Shown here piece after piece: positions 9,705 through 19,908 of a DNA stretch of 64,000 nt. Location of the stretch: the NCBI GenBank assembly GCA_050633305.1, contig JBOEGF010000013.1, forward strand, positions 1 to 64,000, written 5' to 3'. The position numbers and the translations under genes are program-made. Position 1 is the first letter of the stretch; each line of letters starts with the position of its first letter. The stretch comes from Nannocystales bacterium (GTDB taxonomy: Bacteria > Myxococcota_A > Polyangia > Nannocystales > Nannocystaceae). The notes below the pieces were generated by a model that saw nothing but the letters and a program-made list of their open reading frames with translations, was not told the DNA's origin and did no database searches.

Positions 9705-10931
9705 TTAGTATCCCTGGGCAGCCAGATCAAACGCGAGGTTTCGGTAGAATCGCAGGTAGTCAAAGCCCGTGCGCGGGTCGGGACCCTCGTCCCCGATCTG
9801 CCCCGCAGCGTCGAGGTGGTCGCCCGGATAACACCCACGGAACCGCCCCCACTTGCTGGACTCGACCGTGGACACGCCGTCGTTCGGACGAAGCTCGAGA
9901 CCGTGCGCGACGATGCCCGCAGCACCGACCAACAGCGCATCCATGCGGTCGACAGTCCCCTCGTGACGCATCAACAGCACCTCCCCGTTCTCGTCCGTGC
10001 AGGCGTCCGACTCGGCGTTGCGGCGAGGGTTGGCGATCCCAGCAACACTGCTGACCCCTGCCCACGATTGATACATCACGCCCGGCGCATCGGAGATGGT
10101 GGCGTTGAACTCGACCATCGTGCGCTCCGACATCGCGCCCAGCGCGGCGACGATGTGGCTGTCTTCGGCGACTTCACTGAAGGTGCGCCCGAACACGGTG
10201 GCGATCGCGTCGATCGCCTCGGCATCATCTTCATCGGGAAGAAAGCCAACGGCCACGTCCGCCACGTAGGTGCCATGGTGCGGCGAGGATATTGTGGTGA
10301 TCGAGGCGACCTTCTCCCCGTAGTCCAGCCCATCTGGGCTCACCAGGTAGCGGCAGTCGATGCCCCCCATCGAGAAACACACCAGGTTGACTTGATCCTT
10401 GCCGGACCGCGTGAGCAACTCGTCGACCTGCTCGGCGAGAAAACCCGCGCGAACCTGCGGGGTATCGAACGGCGGAACGCTTCCCAGCATCACGTCGTGG
10501 CCGTCGTCGATCAGCGCAACGTCCACGTCGTTGAAGCGCCAGAAGTTGGTGGTGCTGGTGTTGAACCCGTGCGCCAGAATGATCGGGTATTGGGTGGCAG
10601 CACCTTCGGGCTCGGGCCCCAGTGGTGCAGGCGCTTCGTCGCACCACCCCAACGGGTCCCAGAACAGCGCCGCACACAACAAGGAGTCTTCCTTGCCCTG
10701 GGGCACGCCTTCGCAACCCGCAGCGTCGATGCCCGCGAGCAGCTCTTCGGCGATCTGAACCTGCTGGCCTTCGCAGGTCGCGGACGGGGGCTCAGACACG
10801 GCACCTAGACACGTCTCCACTGCAGCCTGGGCTTCCGCGCAGACACTGGTCTCCTCCGCGGCCGCCGAGTCGTCGCACCCTGCGAGGGCCAGCATCAAAG
10901 GGACCACCGCACCGAGAATCGAGCGTCTCAT
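9705..10931 (-). CDS. Lipoprotein triacylglycerol lipase (family I-like)
   Basis: LAGC lipobox; YPIILAHG, CFSMGG, TISSPHHG, NDGVS, DHLD. Confidence 0.9.
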   Translation of the reverse strand: MRRSILGAVVPLMLALAGCDDSAAAEETSVCAEAQAAVETCLGAVSEPPSATCEGQQVQIAEELLAGIDAAGCEGVPQGKEDSLLCAALFWDPLGWCDEAPAPLGPEPEGAATQYPIILAHGFNTSTTNFWRFNDVDVALIDDGHDVMLGSVPPFDTPQVRAGFLAEQVDELLTRSGKDQVNLVCFSMGGIDCRYLVSPDGLDYGEKVASITTISSPHHGTYVADVAVGFLPDEDDAEAIDAIATVFGRTFSEVAEDSHIVAALGAMSERTMVEFNATISDAPGVMYQSWAGVSSVAGIANPRRNAESDACTDENGEVLLMRHEGTVDRMDALLVGAAGIVAHGLELRPNDGVSTVESSKWGRFRGCYPGDHLDAAGQIGDEGPDPRTGFDYLRFYRNLAFDLAAQGY

Positions 10932-11040
10932 TGTGGTCCAGTGTGGGATGATAGACGACCCATGACCAGGGCCGATCACGACAGAATCCAGGCGTGACGT
11001 GCCAGCCCAGCGCGGCATCGCGCAGTACCCTTTCCTCTCC

Positions 11041-12006
11041 ATGACGTTGATGCGCTCACCGTTGCCGGGCTTGATCAGCTCTCGGCTCGCGGAACACGGG
11101 CTCGATGCACGCGCGTGCCTTGGCGCATTCGGGCTTCAGCGGGCGCTCGAAGACAGTCATGTCGTCGCCGAAGTCGAGACCCTCGCGGCGTTCTACGAGG
11201 ACGCCGCGCAGCGCTTGGGCCAGCCCGACCTCGGGTTGGAGATGGTCTCCGCGGTGGAGCGCGGTGCCTATGGCTTGGCCGAGTTCGGGATTCGAGCTGC
11301 CCCGACGATGCGTGAGGCCATCGTCCGTCTGGCCCGGTTCAGCGTCCTTCTGAACGAGGCGACGATCGTCGAGGTCGAGGAGACCGCTCAGACTCTCGAG
11401 GTTCACCAGCGCATCCCCGGCCATCCGATCGCCGGAGGACGCCATTCGAACGAGTATTTCATCGCTGTCCTGCTCGTCACAGGGCACGCGATTACCGAGG
11501 GCGGGCTGGTTGCCACGGAGGTCTGGTTCGCGCACCCAGAGCCTGCGGACTTGTCTCGCCACCGAGCGGTATTCAAGAACGCCAAGCTATCGTTCGACCG
11601 TCCCGACAACGGGCTCGCGATGTCGCTCGAAGCTGCCGAGCGCCCGCTCGCATCCGCCGACCCCGAGCTCATGCGAGCGATCGACCACCAAGCCGACGCC
11701 CTGCTGGCCAGTCGCTCGGGCCACAACGAGTTCATCGACCGTGTCCGCGAGTGCTCAGCCAAGATCCTCCGCGATGGTTCATCGTCCCTCACCGACGTTG
11801 CGGAGCTTCTAGCGATGACCCCTCGCACCCTGCAACGGCGACTGGCCGAACACGACACCTCGTTTCGGGAGGTGCTCGATCGCCTGCGCAAGGAGCTCCA
11901 TGCTCGTCTCAGTGGCCAGGGCATCTGTGCGCAGGAGATCGCGTTTCGCCTGGGCTATGCCGACATGGGCTCGTTCCGCCGCGCACAACGTCGCTGGAGC
12001 AACTGA
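11041..12006 (+). CDS. AraC family regulator with N-terminal ligand-binding domain
   Basis: MTPRTLQRRL and EIAFRLGYADMGSFRRA HTH motifs; divergent from the lipase. Confidence 0.9.
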   Translation: MTLMRSPLPGLISSRLAEHGLDARACLGAFGLQRALEDSHVVAEVETLAAFYEDAAQRLGQPDLGLEMVSAVERGAYGLAEFGIRAAPTMREAIVRLARFSVLLNEATIVEVEETAQTLEVHQRIPGHPIAGGRHSNEYFIAVLLVTGHAITEGGLVATEVWFAHPEPADLSRHRAVFKNAKLSFDRPDNGLAMSLEAAERPLASADPELMRAIDHQADALLASRSGHNEFIDRVRECSAKILRDGSSSLTDVAELLAMTPRTLQRRLAEHDTSFREVLDRLRKELHARLSGQGICAQEIAFRLGYADMGSFRRAQRRWSN

Positions 12007-12032
12007 GCGCGCCGCTGCGTTACACTGCCGCC

Positions 12033-13238
12033 GTGGACCCCGGCGCGCCGTCCCTGTGGCTCGACGAATCTCCGAACAGTCGGCTCCCCCCGCTGCGACC
12101 GGGCAAACACACCGTGGACGCGGTCGTCGTCGGGCTCGGCATCACCGGTGCAAGCGCTGCCCTCGAGTTGGCCGAAGCTGGGCTCTCCGTCCTCGCCTTG
12201 GATGCTCACGGCCTGGGATGGGGTGCATCTGCGCGGTCTGGGGGGTTCTTGCTGGTCGAACACGCCATCGAGTACCCGGCTCGACGAGCACGATTCGGCC
12301 GCGCGCGCATGAAGACCGTCATCGAGATGGCGCGTGCCAGCCACCGCATGATCGAAGCGCGCTTCGGGGAGGCGGCCGAGCACAAGCGTTGCGGCAGCCT
12401 CATCCTGCCGATGGCCGACGATGAGAACGAGCAGCAGACATTGGCCGATGCCGCGTCCCTCCTGCAGGAGGACGGTGTCCCATGCAGTCAGGGCGCCGAG
12501 CACGAAGGTCTGGAGGGGTTCGCGCCCGGACTATCGATCCCCGAGGATGGAGAGGTCCACCCGGGACGACTCCTCTCCGCCGTCGGGTCGCAGGCCGGGC
12601 ACGCGGGAGCAAAGCTTCGCCAAGCGCTCGTGGCAGATCTCGACCCCAAGCAGCGGGTGGTGAGCACAGCCGAGTCCACGATCAGCTACCGCGTTGCCAT
12701 CGTCGCGGTGAACGCATGGACCCAACGGCTGCTCCCGCACATCGACATTCAGCCTCAGCGGGCCCAGATGCTCGCTACCCGGCCACTGGGGCCCATCCGA
12801 ACCCTTGAACCGGTCTGCTACGGCTGCTGGGGATACGACTACTTCCGCCAACGAGACGACGGCCGGATGTTGATCGGAGGCCGCCGCCATCTGCATCGTG
12901 ACCGCGAGAGCACCGACGACTCGGTCCCCACGGACGGCGTGCAGAGCGACCTCGAAGCCTATCTCCGGCGCCACCTTCCTGCCTTCGGACCCTTCGAGAT
13001 CGAAGCGCGGTGGTCCGGCATCATGGGATTCAGTCCCGACGAGCTTCCGTTCTGGAACGCATTGCCCGATTCCGATGGCACCGCGGCCACCCACGTTCTC
13101 GGCGGCATGACCGGACACGGGATGGGACTGGGCGCGATCTGTGGTCAGACGATCGCACGGAGCTGCCACCGCGACCTCGATGCGCTTGAGCAGCGTCGGC
13201 TGGAGTTGCTCGATGCGGGTCGGCTGGTGAACGAGTAA
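12033..13238 (+). CDS. FAD-dependent oxidoreductase (DAO/PuuB-like)
   Basis: VVVGLGITG Rossmann motif, GASARSGG, WSGIMGFSPD, GMTGHGMG. Confidence 0.9.
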   Translation: MDPGAPSLWLDESPNSRLPPLRPGKHTVDAVVVGLGITGASAALELAEAGLSVLALDAHGLGWGASARSGGFLLVEHAIEYPARRARFGRARMKTVIEMARASHRMIEARFGEAAEHKRCGSLILPMADDENEQQTLADAASLLQEDGVPCSQGAEHEGLEGFAPGLSIPEDGEVHPGRLLSAVGSQAGHAGAKLRQALVADLDPKQRVVSTAESTISYRVAIVAVNAWTQRLLPHIDIQPQRAQMLATRPLGPIRTLEPVCYGCWGYDYFRQRDDGRMLIGGRRHLHRDRESTDDSVPTDGVQSDLEAYLRRHLPAFGPFEIEARWSGIMGFSPDELPFWNALPDSDGTAATHVLGGMTGHGMGLGAICGQTIARSCHRDLDALEQRRLELLDAGRLVNE

Positions 13239-13332
13239 CGAAAGCTGCCCGTGTGCCCGTCGCACCGTCGCGCATCCCGCGACGGTGTACTGCCGCGATC
13301 CGGGCGGCGCACGGCCTTCCTCCTCATCCCAC

Positions 13333-14571
13333 TTAGCCTTGTGGCGCGTCGATCACCCCGTAGATGATCGTCATCTCTTCGGTGTTACTGAACGACCTCT
13401 GCCGCACGTTGCGGATCTGGAAACAGTTCGAAGCGGTCCGCATGCTGGTTTCGCCCCATACGTCCTCGAATGTGTTCATCGCGAAGCTCGCCGAACTGCC
13501 GTCGTAGGGCGCCCGCGCGTGGAACGACACGGCGCGATCCCACGCGAAGTTCGGTGATCCGGGATAGTAGAAGGGCTCGTCCTGGTTGCGCGGGGCCTCG
13601 AGCCACAGCTCTCCATCCGTCGCCCGAAGCGTCGGCTCAGACTCGAGCTGAGCAGGGGTAAATCCTACGCCACGCCGCCAGCCCGAATCGCGGTTGGTGT
13701 CGTGCCCATAGATCACCCCGTACAATGCACCGCCCGTGTAGCCGACCCACTCGCTACAACCCGTGGCGCCACAGGTCCGTCGGTAGGCACGAGCCCCGAA
13801 GTCGAACAGCGGAAGAGTGTGCGAGAGGTTGGCCCCTTCGGGCAGGTGCTGCAACGCATCGTCTTCGCTGAACTGCGGTCCTACACAGAAGTGCTCGCCG
13901 TAGGGGTCAGGCGCTTCGGTATAGACGTAGCCATTTGCCAGGGCGTAGTCCTCGAGCTTCTGCAACGCGCTCTGACCCACATAGGGCACCGCGTCCAGGT
14001 CTTCGATGCTCGCGAACAACCCGTCGCTACCGACCCGACGTTCGTAGATTCCATCGGCGGCCCGAACGTCGAGACCGACATCCACGTCGAGGAGTTCCTG
14101 GGTTGCTGTGTTGGCCAAGAGCAACACCCCTGCGTCGAACTGCTCCTGCGTCGGACCCTCCTCGGGCTCGGGTAGGTCGCCGTAGCCGTTGGCCAACGCG
14201 TACTCGAGTAGCCGTCCAAACGCCACCATTCCGACGTAGGGCACCGCGTCCAGCTCCGCCAGCGTTTCGAAGGGGACATCATCGGCGTTGCCGGGTTCGC
14301 CGTCCGTCCCCGCGCGTCGCTCGTAGATTCCTGTCGCCGCTCGGACGTCCAGACCGACATGGGCGGAGTCGTCGAGTTGCTCCAAGGTTGCTTGGTTGAC
14401 CAAATTCAGCACCGCCAAGGCCTCGACCGTGCCCTCTTGGATTCCCCCGTCGGCTTTCCCGTGGCCAACGAAAGCATCGTCTCGGCCATCCACGGGGTCG
14501 GAAGACGACGCTTCACATCCAGCCAGCGACGCGACGACGAGAAGAGTGGCGGCAGCAGGGTACTTCAACAT
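13333..14571 (-). CDS. Lipoprotein with two ComEA-like helix-hairpin-helix repeats
   Basis: LAGC lipobox, GKADG motif, duplicated GLDVRAA.GIYERR...LDAVPYVG...L.YALANGY. Confidence 0.8.
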   Translation of the reverse strand: MLKYPAAATLLVVASLAGCEASSSDPVDGRDDAFVGHGKADGGIQEGTVEALAVLNLVNQATLEQLDDSAHVGLDVRAATGIYERRAGTDGEPGNADDVPFETLAELDAVPYVGMVAFGRLLEYALANGYGDLPEPEEGPTQEQFDAGVLLLANTATQELLDVDVGLDVRAADGIYERRVGSDGLFASIEDLDAVPYVGQSALQKLEDYALANGYVYTEAPDPYGEHFCVGPQFSEDDALQHLPEGANLSHTLPLFDFGARAYRRTCGATGCSEWVGYTGGALYGVIYGHDTNRDSGWRRGVGFTPAQLESEPTLRATDGELWLEAPRNQDEPFYYPGSPNFAWDRAVSFHARAPYDGSSASFAMNTFEDVWGETSMRTASNCFQIRNVRQRSFSNTEEMTIIYGVIDAPQG

Positions 14572-14929
14572 ACTGCTACAGACGCCCACACTCCGACGAA
14601 CTTGCAACACTCTGCGCGAAGTACGTACGCGAAGACGGCATTTTACGCAGCTATACGTAGTCGATCGCGGTCTTGTATTCGCCACCAGGCCCCCGCGTCA
14701 CCGCGGGGCCTCGCGCTGAGCTCGGAGGCCAGGGAGGGACCATCGTCTGCGAGATCGCTCAGCAGAGTTCTTGGGCCCACCTCAGGCTCGAGTGAAACTC
14801 GGTGGGACAGCCTCCAATGACAGGCTCGCCACCGCGGCGATTCTCAGACCACGCTACGCCCTGACCTCGAGCGGGTGCGTGGGGCGGTAGGCCTGCAACC
14901 GATGTGCACTGGGCCTGAGTTCGTGGAGC

Positions 14930-15226
14930 CTACGATGATTGTTGTTGCTGCTCTTCCTGTTGACGCTGGATCATGATCGTCACCATGCCCGCAGAAACGG
15001 CTGCCGACGCATCGGCCTGGGTGGTCCTTGGCTGACACACGCAACCTACGTTGTTCGCCATGATCGCCACCGCGCCCAAGTCCATACCGATCGTGTTGCA
15101 GTGCGTTGTGCAGGTCTTCCCGGCGTCCGGCGGCACCGTAGTCAACCCTGACGTTCCGACCACCGCGGGGCAGCCCGTCAGCCCCGCAAGCAACGCTACC
15201 GCCACACCCAGATGCTTCGTCTTCAT
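14930..15226 (-). CDS. Small Cys-containing lipoprotein, hypothetical
   Basis: MKTK + hydrophobic stretch + LTGC; CxxxC and CxC; Gln-rich tail. Confidence 0.7.
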   Translation of the reverse strand: MKTKHLGVAVALLAGLTGCPAVVGTSGLTTVPPDAGKTCTTHCNTIGMDLGAVAIMANNVGCVCQPRTTQADASAAVSAGMVTIMIQRQQEEQQQQSS

Positions 15227-15277
15227 TCGGTGTTCCTAGCATAGGTCACCGGCCAGAAGCCGGATTGCGTTTGGCGC

Positions 15278-16695
15278 TCACCCTTTGAAGGTCAACAACG
15301 GCCGCATACGCGCGACTCTTCCGACCACCCCGGCGTCGACCTGGATGTCCACGACCGGGGCGATCGGCTTGTAGGCCACCGGAGCTTCCTCAATCATGCG
15401 CTCGGCCTTGAGCGTGATGCACTCCACTCCATCAAGACCCAGGTCTTTGGGTCCCTTGCGCCCGACCTCGAAGCGGCTGAGTGCCCGCCCTGCTCCGTGG
15501 GCCGCCGAGCTGAGGTGCCTCGCACTGCCCCGACCGACGCACAGGAATGACGAGTCGCCCATCGAGCCCGGAATCAGGACCGGCTGTCCGCGGTGGGCGG
15601 GCGTTGCCCCCTTCCGGTGTACGAACGAGTCTCCCTCGCGGAGCACGATGTTGTGGGGAACATCGAAGACCAGGCGCGCCTCGAGGTCGGCTCGATAGAC
15701 CTCACGCATACGCAGTCGAACGATTTCGGCCAGCAGCAAGCGGTTGACGAACGCGTAGTTTGCCGCGGTGTGCACAGCGCTGAGGTACTCGCTCGCATCA
15801 TCACCGTGGAGGGCGAAGATCCTTGCCTCCGGATATCGCAAGCCCTTGGGCCAGCGTCGGCGGGCTCGATCGATCCACGTGTTGCCCACATGCCGGCCCA
15901 CCCCGCGAGAGCCCGTGTGCACCATGAACGCCACCTGCCCAGGCGAACGCCCCACTCGAAGGCGAGGCTCGGGTCGAGGATCTCGTCGACAACCTGCAAC
16001 TCGAGGAAGTGGTTGCCCCCGCCGAGGGTGGCCAGCGTCGGGTCGCGTAGCCACGCACGCCCCGGGTCGACCAGGCCTTGCGGGGCATGTCGGGTCTCGC
16101 CCACGAAGCTGCCTGATTCGTAGACCCGGTCCAGCTCAGACCACAGCTGCGCCATGGTGCTGCGCTGCAGCGCACCGCCGGGGCGAGGGGCCACTGCCTC
16201 GAGCCAGCCCATGCTCCCCTCGACAAACATCGCGGCCATCGAATGTGGCGTCATCGGAAGGTCGCGTGTGCCCAGCAACAGATCACCACGCAGCCGCTGC
16301 ACGAGGGCCTCCTTGCCTTCCACGAACGCATCGATGCTCAGATCGGTCACGTGCAGGCGCATGCCACAGTTGATGTCGGTGCCGATCGCCTGGGGCACGA
16401 CGAGGTCGGGTGTCGTCGCCACCACAGCGCCGACCGGCACCAGATGTCCCGCATGGAAGTCAGGCGTGGCGCACACCTGGCACACCTGGCCTCCCTGCGG
16501 GTGCCGGACGCCAGCGAAATCCATCAGTTGATGGAGCGCTTTGGCCTGCAGAGGGAACTCAGATGGGATCAGCAACTCCGCGCCGGGAATGTCGTCGCGT
16601 CCGGATCGATGGATCCGGTAGCCGTGATCGGTGGTCTGTAGATCGAGGCCCTGACGGGCCAATGCCGCGAAGACGCGACGAAGACGAGTGGACAT
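15278..16695 (-). pseudogene. rtcB: RtcB family RNA ligase, split by one frameshift near 15943 (possibly a sequencing error)
   Basis: PDFH, GTDINCGMR, TLGGGNHFLE in one frame; HTGSRG, HN, HRKGA, PGSMG, HGAGR in the next; one extra C (CGC CCT GGG) would join them. Confidence 0.9.
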
Positions 16696-17168
16696 GACAA
16701 GGCTGCTCCTGGGCGAGCCAGGGGTCCAGAGGACCAGGGGCTCACCGCGCTCGAGAGAGAGGTCGATAGGCCGCACCGACCGGTCGCCGAGGGGCGAGGA
16801 CGGTCCGAGCACGGTCCGGTGTTCTGCGAGCGAGAGGTCAGCAGCCAGCAAACATCTCGCGAAGCCGGAGTATGACGCGAGAATTCAAGGACGCAACCGA
16901 CTTTCTGGAGAGCTCAGCGCACGCCGGAGACTCAGCCGATCACTCAGCACAGCTCGCCGTCGTACCGGCGACACGACCTCAGCCGCAACGATGCAGAAGG
17001 CCGCGTTGACCCACGACGTCGCCGCGTCGGGTTCGGCAGTCGACAGTGGGCCCCTCCGAAGTCGGAGACAAGCTCTCCTGTAGCCTGCTCCATTCTCGCC
17101 CGCCCGCGGGATGGGACCCGGGGTACAGTCGGTCCACATTGTTCGCTCATCGTCCGAACCATGGTGGC

Positions 17169-18350
17169 GTGGCAACTGGTCGATGGGGGGCGCTCGTGGG
17201 CGTTTCTCTCCTCCTCGTCTCGGGCTGCACTCCGACACGGCATCCGAAGGCAGCCAATCCGAGACCAGCTGCGTCACCTTCGAATCCCGCACGGTTTGAC
17301 GAAGAGGGGTGGAGCTTTGAGCCATTGCAGACCTCGGACGGGCCGCTTTACGGCTCGACACTTCTGGTCGACGGAGACGCTCTGATCGTGGTCGGCGAGG
17401 CCGACGAGCAGAGCCACTTGAGTCGAACGTCGGTGTCGGATGAGTCGGAACCCCTGCGCTTCTCGGCGTGGTCGGAAGCCGGGATCGGCGTGAAAGCGCT
17501 GGCCTTGAGGGACGACGGCACGCTGGTCGGCAGCGGAGTTCATCTCAAACGCCTCGAAGGAGCGCTACCGTGGACCGAAACCGACGTACGGATCTCGGAG
17601 GCTGGGGACGACGTAGCGGTGGAACGTCTGGATGCCTGCGGTTTTTCGTCCGTCGGGGAAGCGCACCGGATTGTGTCCGCCAACGGGGTTACGACGCGAG
17701 CGCGGGGATGCGCCAGAGCGTTACGCGTGGAGCAGACCCGCGGCGGGGCGTGGCAGACTCGGTACGAGGAGACGGAGAAGGGCACGAGTGTCATGTCCCT
17801 CTCCGCGTTCGAGGGTGCCGTCCCCTGGATCGTCACCTGCGGGAGGGAGGAGCGAGAAGTGGAGGGATTCGGAGCGATGCCCATGGACCAGTGCTACGGC
17901 GGCGACGCGTCCAGCAGCGCGCTCGACCCCCTGGACCCCTCGCTGTACTACGTGCTCGTCGAATACGGCCGGACGGGAACGCTGCTGTTGACCGCGATGC
18001 GCCACGCCAAGAATGACGACGGTGGCAGCGTGTCGCAGCTGGTCTTCTCCGAGGGTTCTCCCTTCTCCTCGGAGTTCGAGGTCGTCGCGACCAATTGGGC
18101 GGTGGGCTCGCTGTGCACGGTCGGACAGGATTCTCGGGGGCGCCCGTTTATCGTCGACGATGCGGGCGTCTGGCTGCGCCGAGACGAAGCGTGGGCCCAC
18201 CACTCCCTCCCGGCCTCGATCGCGTTCATCAACGCCTGCGCTTGGGATGATCACGACCGGCTCCACCTCCTTGTCCAGAGAGAGGTTCGTGCACCGAACG
18301 GAGACGTCAAAGACTACATCAGCGAATACGCGACGGCGCGGTTCGAATAG
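17169..18350 (+). CDS. Hypothetical lipoprotein, probably beta-rich
   Basis: LLVSGC lipobox; long ORF with coding-like composition. Confidence 0.65.
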   Translation: MATGRWGALVGVSLLLVSGCTPTRHPKAANPRPAASPSNPARFDEEGWSFEPLQTSDGPLYGSTLLVDGDALIVVGEADEQSHLSRTSVSDESEPLRFSAWSEAGIGVKALALRDDGTLVGSGVHLKRLEGALPWTETDVRISEAGDDVAVERLDACGFSSVGEAHRIVSANGVTTRARGCARALRVEQTRGGAWQTRYEETEKGTSVMSLSAFEGAVPWIVTCGREEREVEGFGAMPMDQCYGGDASSSALDPLDPSLYYVLVEYGRTGTLLLTAMRHAKNDDGGSVSQLVFSEGSPFSSEFEVVATNWAVGSLCTVGQDSRGRPFIVDDAGVWLRRDEAWAHHSLPASIAFINACAWDDHDRLHLLVQREVRAPNGDVKDYISEYATARFE

Positions 18351-18504
18351 CGTCTCGAGGCGATGCCGACGGGTAAGCGGCCGAGATGGCGGTCGCTCAT
18401 GAGTGCTTGCGAGAGTCCTCCAGCATCGCGCCGGTGCCGCGACGACCCCGTCCGTGGGACCAACTCCGTCGACCGCCAAGACCGGACCTGCTACACGTTG
18501 CGGC

Positions 18505-19719
18505 GTGGTTTGGCCTTTGATTCTTGGACTCCTGGCCTTGGAGCCAGACGCTCTTCACGCACCGAAAACCCAGCACATCGTCGACGGAACGGATGCGACG
18601 CAATGTGACTTCCCAGCGGCGATTCAAATCATCGGTCAGAACAACGAAGGCGAACAGGGCCCCGTCTGCTCCGGTGCGCTCGTGCATCCCCAAATCCTGG
18701 TTACGGCGGCCCACTGCATCGTCGACGGGCAGGAACTCGTCTCGGCTCGATTTGGCGAGGATTCGGTGGACTCTCCAAGTCGTAGCGTCGAGATCACCGG
18801 TTGTCTGGGCCACCCCGACTTCGACGTCGAATCTCGTAATGACGTCGCCGTGTGCTCCCTCGCCGAGCCGGTTGATGATGTCCCCATCGTCCCCCCGCTG
18901 ATGGGCTGTGAGGCTGGAGTCCTTCAGCCAGGCTTCGATGTGCTCCAGGTTGGCTACGGCCGCTCCAGCTTGGAAGAGCCGTACGGCAGTGGCGTGAAAC
19001 GCTGGGCACCCAAGGTCATCCAGGCATTCCAGTGGACTGAAAACGACCTCGTCCTCGGAAACACCGGGCAAGGCAATACCTGCCTTGGTGACTCCGGGGG
19101 CCCGACCTATGTGCAGCTTCCCGATGGAACGTGGCGAGTCGCGGCCGTGCTCTCGACGGGACACCCTCAGACTACGGTTGGGTGTGAGCTCGGCAGCGTC
19201 GTTGAGAGACTCGATGGTCTGATGCCCTGGATCGAAGAGGCCGTCGGCACGGACATCACCCCCTGCCATGACGCGGACGGGACGTGGAACCCCGGCCCGG
19301 ACTGTCATGACTTCCCCACCGAGCTCTTCGCAGTCGACGGACAAACCTGGGACGCGGGATGCGTCGGCGCGGCGAGTTCAGGCTTCTCTGCAACCTGCGG
19401 CGATCCGTTCGAGCCAGAACTCCCCGAGACGACCGGGGGCGACGAAACAGAAGGGTCGACGTCCGGTGAGTCCGACACCGAGCCTGGCAGTGCCGACTCC
19501 GGAGCCCCCGACTCAGGAGGTACCGACGAGGGGACCGCAGGGGCGAGCGGTGTTGGAACCACGGACGCCGATGAACAAACGAGCGGGACTGGGGCCGGAG
19601 ACGCAGACTCCGAAGGCTGCGGATGCAGCTCAGAAGGATCGGGGCCGAGCGTCGCTGCGCTCTTCCTTCTCCTGGTGACCGGGCTGCGTCCGCGGACCAC
19701 AACCCGCCGAGCACGCTAG
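18505..19719 (+). CDS. Trypsin-like S1 serine protease with MYXO-CTERM
   Basis: IVDG, CSGALV, TAAHC, GDSGGP; C-terminal GCGC...ALFLLLVTGLRPR..RRAR. Confidence 0.9.
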   Translation: MVWPLILGLLALEPDALHAPKTQHIVDGTDATQCDFPAAIQIIGQNNEGEQGPVCSGALVHPQILVTAAHCIVDGQELVSARFGEDSVDSPSRSVEITGCLGHPDFDVESRNDVAVCSLAEPVDDVPIVPPLMGCEAGVLQPGFDVLQVGYGRSSLEEPYGSGVKRWAPKVIQAFQWTENDLVLGNTGQGNTCLGDSGGPTYVQLPDGTWRVAAVLSTGHPQTTVGCELGSVVERLDGLMPWIEEAVGTDITPCHDADGTWNPGPDCHDFPTELFAVDGQTWDAGCVGAASSGFSATCGDPFEPELPETTGGDETEGSTSGESDTEPGSADSGAPDSGGTDEGTAGASGVGTTDADEQTSGTGAGDADSEGCGCSSEGSGPSVAALFLLLVTGLRPRTTTRRAR

Positions 19720-19908
19720 GGACGCCGCCAGGGGACGTGGTCGAAAGGGAGTCAGGGCGCCCCCGCAGGTCCAGAAGTCGCGCAAAAAATCGGTCTAGCG
19801 GAATCCGCCCCGCCGGTCGTGGACTCTTCGAAGTCGATGCCCAGTTCTGGACCATCCCTACAGCGTCCTCGTTCGTCATCCGAGATGGATTGGTCGCGAA
19901 AGAGAACC

